A stretch of 59,777 bases of DNA, the filler included. It is 5 parts of 5 records of this genome, joined end to end, with 100 filler letters (N's around TTAATTAATTAA, not from the genome) between each part and the next. Parts side by side here need not be neighbours in the genome. Positions count along the whole stretch, not along the records: positions 28,388 to 42,836 come from SRR22947727_2771; 4 more parts are not named here. One strand, written 5' to 3'. A model generated the notes under the pieces. That model had not been told where the DNA came from. It did no database searches and saw only the letters and a program-made list of their open reading frames with translations. Shown here one piece after another: positions 28,562 through 40,937 of the stretch; within the stretch, counting starts at the first letter, position 1; every line of letters begins with the position of its first letter. A program made the translations under genes and the position numbers.

Positions 28562-30708
28562 ATGCTTCATCTCACGCTACGGGGGCGTTCCGTTCTCGGA
28601 ACCAGCCGTGGAGCAAATTCTTCGCGCAATGCAGTCGTCACAAACGTACGCCGTTTTCTACCGTTTTGGCGGCTATCTCCAGCGCGCTGCCAGTCTCTTC
28701 GACGTACCACCGGTTCTCTTGCGGCGCTGCGGGCGTCGTCCGCGATGTCCGTGTCGTCGCGGGCCACCCGTCCGATTCCCGTCCGCTCACCTCCAACGCT
28801 CGCCGAACGCAGGTGGCCACACCTCGCCCGCCCAGCTCGCGCCCGCCGAAGCGGAGTGCCGTGGAGCTCATCAAGGAGAAGAGCGACTTTCTCCGTCACC
28901 CGCTGATGCAAGAGCTGGTGACTGAAGCCACGAACATCTCTGAGGACGCCGTCCAGCTCATGAAGTTCCACGGGTCGTACCAGCAGGATAACAGGGAGGA
29001 GCGTCGTCCTGGCGAGGGCAAGTCGTATCAGTTTATGATGCGCACGCGTCAGCCGGCTGGGACGGTGACGAACCAGCTCTACCTGGTGATGGATGAGTTG
29101 GCCGATCTGTATGGGAATGGGACGTTGCGGCTGACGACGAGGCAGACGTTTCAGCTGCACGGCGTGCTGAAGCAGGATCTCAAGACTGTCTTCTCTAGTG
29201 TGATAAAGAATATGGGTAGTACGTTGGGGGCGTGCGGGGATGTGAATAGGAACGTGATGGCGCCGCCTGCGGTGTACAGCGCAGAGAGCAGGCCGGACTA
29301 TGCACTGGCGCAAAAGTATGCGAACGATCTCGCCGACTTGCTGGCGCCGCAAAGCGGTGCGTACTATGATGTGTGGCTGGATGGGGAGAAGTTCTTCAGT
29401 CATGAGATGGAGGATGCCAAAGTGACGGCGGATCGGGCCTTCAACGGGTTTGGGACAAACTTTGAGAACTCGCCAGAGCCCATCTATGGCAACCTGTTCC
29501 TGCCCCGCAAGTTCAAAATCGCGGTGACGATCCCGGGTGATAACTCTGTGGATATGTTTACCAACGATATGGGTCTTGTGGTGATGACGGACGCGCAAGG
29601 AAAGCTGGAGGGGTTCAACGTGTTGGTGGGAGGTGGCATGGGCCGCTCGCACGGAAAGGCCAACACGTTCCCTCGCCTGGCTGACTCGCTCGGCTTTGTG
29701 CCGGCCGACGACGTGTACCACATTGTAAAAGCGGTGGTCGCGGTGCAGCGCGACTACGGGCGCCGGGATGACCGCAAGCAGGCGCGCCTGAAGTACCTGG
29801 TCGATGACTGGGGCGTTGACAAGTTCCGCGAGGTGGTCGAGCAGTACTACGGCAAGAAGATGGAGGCATTCCGCCCGCTTCCGGCCTGGAAATTTATGGA
29901 CTACCTCGGATGGATGGATCAGGGCGATGGCAAGCTGGCCTACGGGATCTACGTGCAGAATGGACGCGTCAAGGGCGAGGCCAAGAAGACGCTGCGGGCC
30001 GTCATCGAGAGGTACGAGATTCCCGTAAGCATCACCGCAAACCAGAACTTGATCCTGAGGAACATCTCTCCGGCATGGAAGGACGATATCATCTCGTCCC
30101 TTTCCGCTACAGGCATCAAGGATGTCGAGCAGTGGGACCCGCTCGAGGCGGGCTCCATGGCCTGCCCGGCGCTGCCACTGTGCGGACTGGCCATCGCAGA
30201 GGCCGAGAGAGGTCTTCCGGACGTCATTAGCAGGCTGAGGGCCGTCCTGGATAACCTGGGACTGGATTCTAGCGAGAAGTTCATCATCAGGATGACGGGC
30301 TGCCCGAACGGCTGTGCCAGGCCGTACAATGCCGAGGTCGGGTTCGTCGGCGACGGGCCCAACTCGTACCAGATCTGGCTTGGAGGCTCTCCGAGTGGCG
30401 CCCGACTGGCAGAGGTGTACCAGGGACGCGTCAAGCTCGCCGATATGGAGAAGTTCTTCGAGCCTCTCTTCGCCATGTTCAAGAACCAGAGGCGCGCCGA
30501 GGAGTCGTTTGGCGACTTCTGTGCTCGCGTCGGCTTTGAGGCTTTGAGGACGTATCAGGAATCCTACATCTCCGAGGGACAGATCAAGGACCTGCCCACC
30601 GTGGCCGTCTCAAAGGATGCGGCCGAGCTGCTCAAGAGCGCGTCCGAGTCGTCCGGCAAGACCGAGGCGCAGCTGGCCACCGAGGCCATCAAGAAGTTCT
30701 TCTCTTAA
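28562..30708 (+). CDS. SIR: Plastid ferredoxin-dependent sulfite reductase; join(28562..28645,28813..30708)
   Basis: Transit-peptide exon MLHLTLRG...VVTN, intron GTACGC...CGCAG (28646-28812), then in-frame VATP...[23 protein letters not shown] and MTGCPNGC. Confidence 0.92.
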
Positions 30709-30797
30709 ATGATGCTGATGCTTATGACGTCTGTTCGAGAGGTGTATGATCACCAGTTGTAAATTCACAGCGCGCGTCTATTTTCAGAGGTCCAGGA

Positions 30798-31508
30798 TCA
30801 CCGACCGTCAGCCTCAACGCCACCAACAATCTTCCCGCGGCTGGCGTCGCGAAGTTTCGCCAGTGCTGCTTCTTCGTCGCCATCGACAACATAGAACGAT
30901 ATGTAAAAACCGCCCCGCACATCGTCAAACTCGCCCTGCTCCGTCGCTTGACCCCCGACCGCCTCAATCTGGCCATACGCGATGCCAATCGCCTCTGCCG
31001 GCACAAACACCCGACATCGACGCAGGGCAACCATCTCATCCAAATCTATCATGCTCAGAAGACCCCTGGCCGCGCCACCGTACGCTCGGATGAGCCCCCC
31101 GGTGCCGAGCTTGGTCCCGCCAAAATACCGGGTCACCATGATGGCGCTGTAGTCGCAGTGCAGCGTCTCGAGCGCCGATAGGATAGGCTTTCCGCCTGTG
31201 CCACCCGGCTCCCCGTCGTCGTTGTACCTCACCGTCCTCCCAGATATCCTGATCGCCCAACAGTTGTGGGAAGCCGAGGCGTCACGCGCCTCTCGGATAC
31301 GCGACAGCGCCTCCTCTTCCGACTCCACGTGCCATCCGAAGGCGCAGAACCGAGACTTTTTTACCTCAATCTCGTGGAAAAACTCCAGAACTTCGCCCGG
31401 CTGAGCTCCCTTTGGGATCGTGTAGGCCGATGTCGAGACTGCGCGCCGCCGGGCGCTCGTCATGGCCGCCATCCATCGCCCTGGCAGGACACGTGCGATC
31501 ATAGTCAT
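30798..31508 (-). CDS. IMPACT/YigZ family protein with an organellar-type presequence
   Basis: It has EVKKSRF, ASHNCWA, DDGEPGGTGG and VTRYFGGTKLGTGGLIRAY. Confidence 0.92.
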   Translation of the reverse strand: MTMIARVLPGRWMAAMTSARRRAVSTSAYTIPKGAQPGEVLEFFHEIEVKKSRFCAFGWHVESEEEALSRIREARDASASHNCWAIRISGRTVRYNDDGEPGGTGGKPILSALETLHCDYSAIMVTRYFGGTKLGTGGLIRAYGGAARGLLSMIDLDEMVALRRCRVFVPAEAIGIAYGQIEAVGGQATEQGEFDDVRGGFYISFYVVDGDEEAALAKLRDASRGKIVGGVEADGR

Positions 31509-31714
31509 CAACTGGGCGCCAATCTCTCATCGCTCAGCCCACAAGGACGCCGTTTACGACCACCCATGAAAAATAGGCAATGCCGGGATTCGGGCGCGCG
31601 CCTTACATAATTGATGCGGTGTACATCATCTGCTCGTTTGGAATTGGCCTTATCGTACCTGTTATTACATTTATTGACGGCCTCCATTGCCTGCGAGAAC
31701 GCCAAGGACCGAAG

Positions 31715-33242
31715 ATGACGACGCGTTCCCAGGTTTCAGCCCCGCTTCGCGCTTGGCGCTGGGAGACCTGCTTGGGCGCACTCACCGCCGGCATGTGCCT
31801 GGTTACGGGGAGTCGCGCGCAGACCAATGCCAATTCTGCGACGGACGCATGCATCGCGGATCCGACGTCAATGGCGTGCGCGTCGTTTGCGCTCCCAGAC
31901 ACCGCGGTCAATGCCGACCTGGATGCCTTGTGTGTCGTACGTATGAATAAGCTCTGTTGAAGAGCTGGCAAGTCTTCGCTACTCTTCGTATCAACTCACC
32001 GACGCATCAACTCACCTACCCGTCTTTTGTTTTCAGGACATGCCCAACATGGTGGGATGCTCGCTGCAGACGGCGTGCAACGCCTCTGCATCCTCGAGTG
32101 CCTACTGTCAACCATTTACTCTTCTGGCCACGATTTGTGACGAGATGCCGGCGATGAAAGACTGCGCCACCTACACCAGTTTATGTCAGCCGGGATCCCT
32201 GGTGCCGCAGTGCAAGAACTACCCACCCATCCCGTATGCCCCAACCACACGTGAAGCCACGGACGCTGTCCTCTCCATGTGCTCCTCGCATGGGATGGTG
32301 GGATGCGAGACGTGCACGTCGGCGGCCAATTGCCCCAATCCGTTTGACACGCTCTCCCAGCTTTGCCTGGGAATGCCGTCGATGGCCGACTGCCAGCAGT
32401 TTTACTCGATGTGCAGTGTGGTAAGCAGCGACGGGGACTCGATCAACGGGCTCTGTGCGGCTGACATGAACTCTGCCGACTACCTGCCGCCGATGCGCAT
32501 GTGGCTCCACACGGGAATCACAGATATTGTATTGATCAAGGAATGGGTGCCGACGGACGGAGGATATTACTTTGGAACGCTGGTGGCGTGCTTTGCCGCG
32601 GCTGTGCTTTGCCAATACCTGAAGGCCGCCAAGATTGAGCAAGAAATCATCTGGGCATCCAGAAGGCCCATCCTTCCCTGCCGAAACATGGCCTGCGGAA
32701 GCAACGTGGGGAGCTTGGACATAGACGGCATGGACAAAGCCACGAAACATCCACTGGCGTGCTGTGGAGGCGGCGCGGGAGGCCCGAGCGAGCTCCCCGG
32801 ACCTTCAGCGGCGAATGCGGTCCCCGGCCCCAGACATTCCCCTGTGTCGAGCCCGTCTTCCACGTCTGGCAGCGGGGGCGCGCAGCCCGAGGACGTCCGA
32901 GCCCGCAAGCCGAACCTCATCTCAACCGCCTTCCGCGTGCTTTTCTCCTGGTGTGCCTTCTCCAAGCCCCAGTTCAAGCGCAACGCCATCCGCTCGCTCT
33001 TCACCGGGATCATCGTCTTCCTGGACTACATGCTCATGCTCATCGTCATGACGTTCAACATTGGTATCATCCTGGCCGTGGTATTTGGCTTCATGGTCGG
33101 CACCCTGTTCCTCGGCCACACCGGAGAGAAGGCTGGCTCCATACACACCGGTGGCGCCAGTGGCAACGTGGATCCCACCGACGAGCTAGACGTGAGGTTC
33201 ATGGAGGCCCCCTCCTGCTGCGGAACGACCGGATTCATCTGA
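31715..33242 (+). CDS. CTR-type copper transporter with Cys/Met-rich ectodomain; join(31715..31936,32037..33242)
   Basis: Signal peptide, phase-0 intron GTACGT...TTTCAG (31937-32036), CxxMPxMxxC repeats, MRMWLH, MLIVM (MxxxM) and GFMVG (GxxxG). Confidence 0.88.
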
Positions 33243-33279
33243 CACGTCTCATCCCAATCGACCGCCTCGTCGAACGGAT

Positions 33280-33314
33280 GACGAGCAGGACGAGCAGGAC
33301 GAGCAGGACGAGCA
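33280..33314. repeat. 9-bp tandem repeat (GACGAGCAG, about 4 copies)
   Basis: Seen directly in the intergenic DNA between CTR and VAMP72. Confidence 0.85.
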
Positions 33315-33412
33315 ACCGAGCAAGTATTCTTGGACGGACGCGTCCGTTGAACAAATTCCTGTCAGAAATCACTTCCCCTACCAGTTTAAAGAGTTTTCAC
33401 TACCAACAACAC

Positions 33413-34484
33413 ATGCCTCTCATATACGCCTTCGTATCACGAGGCACAAACACCGTCCTCGCGGACTACACCGCCTACACGGGCAACTTTGGGGTCATCG
33501 CGGTCCAGGCGTTGGAACGAGGTGGCCAGGGAAACAACGCAAAGTTCACCTACTCATGCGACGGACACAGTACGTACATCAATATACCACAAATCAGCAG
33601 TTTACGGGCGGACGACGCCGCTCCCCGGTTGCCGAGGGAGCGGGGCCCCATTGGAATCGCCCACCCATGGCCCACGCGGCTCCACCGAGCCAACCAGGTT
33701 GAAAGGAACACGAACGCAAAACGCGCGCACCAGCCCTCACCAACCCCAACTCGCACATTAACACCCGCAGCATTCAACTACCTCTCCTCACAGGGGTACA
33801 CCTTCCTATGCGTCGCTGACGACGCCTACGGGAGGACCATCCCCTTTGCCTTTCTCGAAAAGGTCCGTGACGAGTGGTTTGCCAAGTGGGCCGACAAGGG
33901 CGCCTCCGCCTCTGCCCACGCCCTCGACAGAAGCTTCGGTGCACGCCTGAAATACTGGATGGAATACTGCGAAACGCACCCTGACGAAGTCTCCAAAGCA
34001 GCAGAAGTGCAGAAGAAGGTCGACGAAGTCAAGGGCATCATGGTCGAGAACATTGAGCGGGTGCTCGAGCGGGGCGAGAAGATTGAGCTCCTGGTGGATA
34101 AGTACGTGCTTATTTTTTGCTTCATTCTCGATCTCTCCGTCTCTTTATCTGCTCTTGAATGCCACGACCTCCATTCAACAGCCGGCTGACACGATGGACG
34201 CTTCCACCCCACACGCACAGGACGGATAACCTCCGGTTCCAGGCTGATAAATTTCACAAGACGGGACGGACACTGCGGAACAAGATGTGGTGGCAGAACT
34301 TCAAGGTGCAGCTCATCGTGCTGCTCATCGTGATCCTCATCGCAGTCATCATCTTCTGCTCTGTCTGCTTTAGTACGTTGCCCCGCCCGCCCCGCACGAC
34401 GCTACTCCACTCTACACGTTGCCACTCACGCCCCAACCCGTCTCTCTCCCTGTAACAGGTGGTGGAAACTGCCTCACTGACTAG
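33413..34484 (+). CDS. VAMP72: VAMP72-type longin R-SNARE; join(33413..33569,33771..34101,34221..34372,34459..34484)
   Basis: Removing three GTACGT...CAG introns restores DGHTFNYL, ERGEKIELLVDKTDNL, KMWWQNFK and the C-terminal TM helix. Confidence 0.92.
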
Positions 34485-34651
34485 TGCTGGGGATACACAA
34501 GAGCGTATCCGACTTTTTTGTAACCTGTAATGAATCAGCCAATCCTATACCCACCTGCATGAAAATTTTGGTCGATGCCCCAATCCGCGGCCAGACTCGT
34601 TTTCGGCCCCTCTCGGTGCCCTACACCACACTCTTAAAGTATTCATATACC

Positions 34652-36606
<1,955 letters not shown>

Positions 36607-36707
36607 TGCGTGCAGAGTTGCGGTGAAAAAATAGGTTAGGGCTCTGAGAGTGTAAATCGTAAAATGCAAGCGTCGCCGCTATTGATATTCGTATCATTCT
36701 TGTCTTT

Positions 36708-37646
36708 TCACATGATCCCGTGAGACGCGTGGATGACAAACGTAGTCGAGCCCCGTTCGCCCTTGACCCAGCGAATCATCCGCTCCAGTTCCCCGGTGTC
36801 GGCGGGCGCCGAGCGTCCGGGCCGCTGGCCGCGCGAAGGCCCATCTCGACGAGCTCCGCCGCGTCCCAGCTGCACACCCTCGCCACGCGACAGCGTACAT
36901 CCAAGACTTGCGCGCTTCATCACGAAATCGTTCCACTGCCTGTTCCCCACCTCGTGAAACTCTTCCCGGGCGACCCTTCTCGAGAGTATGATGGGCACGT
37001 CGCACATGTTTCGCAGCTCTATCAGGCTATGGACAATGGCCTCGATGAGCGAGAGAGACTGCTCCACGCCACCCCGAGCCTTGGATGCCCGGGAGGAACC
37101 GACGTAGCTCGACTTGAGCTCCTGCAGGACGTCCCAGTAGGCCGAGATGTTGTCCACGACGATTGCCCCGAGCGTCCCCCCGCGCTCGTATAGAGAGGGT
37201 ACAAACTCTGTCGCAAGGACCTTCAGCGTCGCGAGGAACTGCAGGCTGCTGGAGCAGCTGAACACATGGAGCCGGTCAAAGGTTTCGTTCACCTTTTCCA
37301 TCTGCCTGCGCCGATCCTCCTCGACGTTTCCCGAGGAACCCTGCGGCTGGGCGCCTGACCCATCTTGTCCGCCGCCTTGACCCCCGGTCTGTCCGTGCAA
37401 CCGATGCTGGAGCAGGTACGACACCCGGTACGATTCAAACTTGTAGTCAAGATCAAGATACACCACATGCCGGTTGGGAGTCTGGAGCACGTTGGAAATC
37501 GCCGCAGCATAGAGAAACTCCGTCTTCCCCGATCCCGCCGGCCCGCACAGCTCGACCACGTCGGCCCTCGCGAACGAGCCCTCTGCCGCTCGATCCAGAA
37601 CCTGGCGTCGCACCAGACGCATGGGAGAGTCAGTCTGAGCCAGCAC
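36708..37646 (-). CDS. RAD51 paralog, XRCC2-like (5' end uncertain, probably spliced)
   Basis: It has VVELCGPAGSGKTEFL, VVYLDLDYKF, CSSSLQFLATL and the Walker B-like IVVDNISAY. Confidence 0.75.
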   Translation of the reverse strand: MLAQTDSPMRLVRRQVLDRAAEGSFARADVVELCGPAGSGKTEFLYAAAISNVLQTPNRHVVYLDLDYKFESYRVSYLLQHRLHGQTGGQGGGQDGSGAQPQGSSGNVEEDRRRQMEKVNETFDRLHVFSCSSSLQFLATLKVLATEFVPSLYERGGTLGAIVVDNISAYWDVLQELKSSYVGSSRASKARGGVEQSLSLIEAIVHSLIELRNMCDVPIILSRRVAREEFHEVGNRQWNDFVMKRASLGCTLSRGEGVQLGRGGARRDGPSRGQRPGRSAPADTGELERMIRWVKGERGSTTFVIHASHGIM

Positions 37647-37954
37647 GAGTCGCCAGAATGAGGTTACGCATCCGATGTGTCACCACAGACGTACCGGGAC
37701 CCCGAGCTGTATCCTCTGCGATGCAGCCCGGTCCAGGAAGGCACCGAGCGTGTCGCAGTCCCCACCAAAAATCTTGCTCGGATCGCCCATACCGTTTTAT
37801 CACACGCACGAGCGCCTCGCCACCTGGACCATCCAGCTCCCGCTACACGCAATTCGTTGTGTGACCGATACGCAATCAGCCAGGCACCGGGAACTCCGAA
37901 CAGTATCGTTTTAAAAAGGGAAGGAGCGACCCACAAACGCAATCCGGACAGACA

Positions 37955-39115
37955 CTAGGGTGAAAACTCGCCGTCCTGAACGTGTCTCATCACGTCGGCC
38001 TCGTCGAATTGATACGTGCTCTTGCAAAACTCGCACGTCACTTCGATCATCCCCTGCTCCTCGATGATGGCCTTGACCTCATCCACCCCGAGCGCGGCCA
38101 CCGCCTTTTTCATCCGCTCCTGGAGATCCTTCTCGTCGCACGGCCCGTACCTCGGCACGAGCGAGAACCCCTCTCCCCCAGACCCCAATCCTTCCAACAG
38201 AATATCCGTAATCTGCTTCGGACTCAGCCCGTCCTTGAGCATCTTGGACATGGACCCCGCCTTGCCAATGTTCTTCTCCAGCTGCTCGATCGTCGAGTCC
38301 TCCGCAAACGGCAACACCTGCACCAAGAACCCCCCAGCAGCCTCTATGGATAGATCCCGCCCAACAGAGACCCCGAGACCGAGCGCACTCTGTGTCTGTT
38401 CGCTATCCGCCAGGTACGTCGCAAGATCCTCGGCAATCTCCCCGCTTACAATGGGCACCATGCCAGTGTACGGCACCACCGTGCTCCCCACCTCATTCAT
38501 GGGCAACGACCGCACCACGGACAACACCCCGCGACCCACCCCCTGGGACACATCCAGCTTGTTGTCCGACTCCCTGAGCGGAAAATTGACGTTGGGGTTT
38601 GTGATGAGCCCCTTGACCACCCCCTGAGACTCTGCGATCACCTGAATTTGTCCAAACGGCCCGTTGCCCCGAAACGAAACCTGCGTCTTCTCCCCCTCAC
38701 CACGGAAGCAAGACATCATGAGCGTTCCGAGCAGCGCACGGCCCAGGGCAGCAGAGGCTGTCGGCGCTGTCTGGTGCCTGTCGACCGCCTCCTGCACCAG
38801 TCTGGTCCCATTGACGACGATGATGGAGACCTGGATCGTGTACGAGCGTGGCGAGTGAGAGAGAGACTCGAGAGAGAGAGAGAGACGTAGAGGTGGTATG
38901 ATACCACCCACCACCAAAACAACACCCACCTGTCCGTTGTCAGATATGGTCCTCAAGACTTGGTCTGCCTGGACCTCGATGTCGTCCCGCTGCGGCGCCG
39001 CATTGAGGTGCCAGCGACGTGAACGCGTGGCGTTGATCGATCGTACTGATCGTACTGATCGTATTGACCGAATGCAGCCTGCCTGGCAGGCACTACGGAA
39101 CAGCGACGCGTTCAT
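37955..39115 (-). CDS. hslO: Plastid Hsp33 chaperone; complement(join(37955..38830,38930..39115))
   Basis: It has PTASAALGR, GEIAEDLATYLADSEQ, AGGFLVQVLP, YGPC and CEFC, with a 99-nt GT...AG intron at 38831-38929. Confidence 0.9.
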   Translation of the reverse strand: MNASLFRSACQAGCIRSIRSVRSVRSINATRSRRWHLNAAPQRDDIEVQADQVLRTISDNGQVGVVLVVGGIIPPLRLSLSLESLSHSPRSYTIQVSIIVVNGTRLVQEAVDRHQTAPTASAALGRALLGTLMMSCFRGEGEKTQVSFRGNGPFGQIQVIAESQGVVKGLITNPNVNFPLRESDNKLDVSQGVGRGVLSVVRSLPMNEVGSTVVPYTGMVPIVSGEIAEDLATYLADSEQTQSALGLGVSVGRDLSIEAAGGFLVQVLPFAEDSTIEQLEKNIGKAGSMSKMLKDGLSPKQITDILLEGLGSGGEGFSLVPRYGPCDEKDLQERMKKAVAALGVDEVKAIIEEQGMIEVTCEFCKSTYQFDEADVMRHVQDGEFSP

Positions 39116-39139
39116 TTCCGCCGTGAAAAATTGAAAAAA

Positions 39140-40075
39140 ATGGACCCACCAACTCGGTCGTCGGCGTGGCTGTCCGAACGAGCCCCGGGCCGTGCCGAGA
39201 GGGGCGCACAAGGGACACCATCCTCTTCCTTGTCCTCGTCGTCATCCTCTTGGCTCGGGCTGCTCGCCTCGCAGCCACGAAGCGAGCCCTCGTGCCTTGA
39301 TTGGCTGAGAATGTGTCGTGAGCTACAGCGTCGGGTGCCCAAGAAGGCCTTCAAGGAAGTCGACGTAACGTATGTGCCTGGGGCAGTGGTAGGAAGGGAG
39401 AAGCGGCGGTCGCTGGTGCAGCGGTTGCAGGTACAGCACGCGGTATGCATGCTGATGAACCTCAAGGGTCGGGACGCGCTGATGTCCGTGGAGGAGGCGT
39501 TCATGCTGTTGGGTCAGAAAAAGGGACAGGCCGTGTGGGACTGGGCGAAAGAACGGGCTCTAGAGCAGGAGAAGGCCATCTTTGGGACCGGAAAGGGGCC
39601 TGCGTTGCCAGTGTACTCGGGCGTGGCTTCCCGGGCGTCGGCACTCGATTGGTGGGAGGACAGGTTCAAAGAGAAGGGTGGAGAGGATGATGGTTTGGAA
39701 GATGCTGGAGAGGTCAAAGGAGATGGGGGCAGCAAAAATCAGGGATGTAGGGGGCCCGATACGCGCAAGCGGAAGGCGGGTCTGGAGGAACGGAGGGTGG
39801 ACTTTGAAGAGATCTTGCACAGGAATAAGAGACAGCGGTGGCTGAGGGCGAAGCGGATCGTCATGGACCTTATTGATGGGCAAATGGTCGGCAGTCTTGC
39901 GCCAGAGCGGAAACTTGGTCTGCTGGAAAACGTGCAGGCAATGTATGAGAGGGAACATCAGGACGAGACGCTGTTGCACAGCGACGAACAGCTCCGCGCC
40001 ATGCTCGCCCCGATCGTGCTCAGGGCCACAGACCCCGTTCGTCACGTGCAAAAGTTGCAATTTACGAAAATATAA
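39140..40075 (+). CDS. Hypothetical algal protein
   Basis: An ORF of about 311 aa, divergent from Hsp33, with an NLS-like RKRK. No family was recognised. Confidence 0.55.
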   Translation: MDPPTRSSAWLSERAPGRAERGAQGTPSSSLSSSSSSWLGLLASQPRSEPSCLDWLRMCRELQRRVPKKAFKEVDVTYVPGAVVGREKRRSLVQRLQVQHAVCMLMNLKGRDALMSVEEAFMLLGQKKGQAVWDWAKERALEQEKAIFGTGKGPALPVYSGVASRASALDWWEDRFKEKGGEDDGLEDAGEVKGDGGSKNQGCRGPDTRKRKAGLEERRVDFEEILHRNKRQRWLRAKRIVMDLIDGQMVGSLAPERKLGLLENVQAMYEREHQDETLLHSDEQLRAMLAPIVLRATDPVRHVQKLQFTKI

Positions 40076-40937
40076 CGTCATCACGTTGCCCTGATATGTG
40101 TGGCCAGGAGAGGAATATTTGTGTCTAAATGTCACCCTCCTACACCAAACGTCCGGGCAATGGGGTGACTGTGATTCCGAGCAGTCGTTGTACTCGCAAC
40201 TGCTGTCAATGTCGGGGATTTGGTCATGGTCGTAGCCACGCCATCCGCCTGCGAGCATGAGTACTGATTGATACCCAGTGATGGACTGCCGTGATGGACT
40301 CCCAGTGAATGAAACTGCTGGAGGCTAGTCCACGTCGCAGCATCGCACAGGCTCATTTATCGCGCTTCGGAGGATGTTAACGCTCCTGTGGAGACACGAG
40401 ATTGATGTTTGACTGCAACCTCAGGAGGAATCAGACAACGCCAGCGAGACGGTCGAGTTGGCAAGGGCGTCCGTTAGGCTAGACCCCTCCCGGACTTCGG
40501 CGACCCGCACGCGATCGTCGCGGTGATGTTTCTATGCAGCATGTCGCTCCAAGTTCTGTAGATTTGTAACGCTCGGGACCCTGAGGGCGCCGTGAGCATT
40601 CTGAATTCCAAGTGTCGCCCTATGTAACGACCCCTCCGTACACCCGTCTCGTATCCCCTCCGTACCTAGCATACGTCATTCTTGATTAATTAGCGCGGTT
40701 CGTGCACGAGTACTTGATTGACTGATTCGGTCTCTCGAGAATAGAAAGAAGACGATATTTACCTTGTTCGCGCTCCTATGCGCGTCAGTATCCTCCTGGG
40801 CTCGCAGCGTTCGAAATCGGTCGGTTCTTGGCATCGACGTCGTCGGTTTGCCACCTTAAAAGGACCGTTCTTTTTTCTCCGCGAAGGGAAGGATAGTCTA
40901 AATCTAGAAGGGATTTCGTCCCTCCTATCCACGAAAG

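Noticed and set aside
28567-29721. Long antisense ORFs (also 35395-36264, 41942-42835, 7762-8403)
   Set aside because: They are shadows of well-supported genes in GC-rich DNA and have no motifs of their own.
33280-33314. Tandem repeats (also GATCGTACT near 39039-39065) as a CRISPR array
   Set aside because: They are 9-bp head-to-tail units with no spacers, i.e. eukaryotic minisatellites.
32759-34189. 476-aa ORF suggesting a CTR-VAMP fusion
   Set aside because: It is an alternative frame of CTR running through intergenic DNA into VAMP72 and its stop-free intron. VAMP72 has its own ATG at 33413.
39140-40075. Possible SNRNP48 (minor spliceosome) homologue
   Set aside because: The resemblance is limited to a loose basic-helix pattern and cannot be supported without a profile search.
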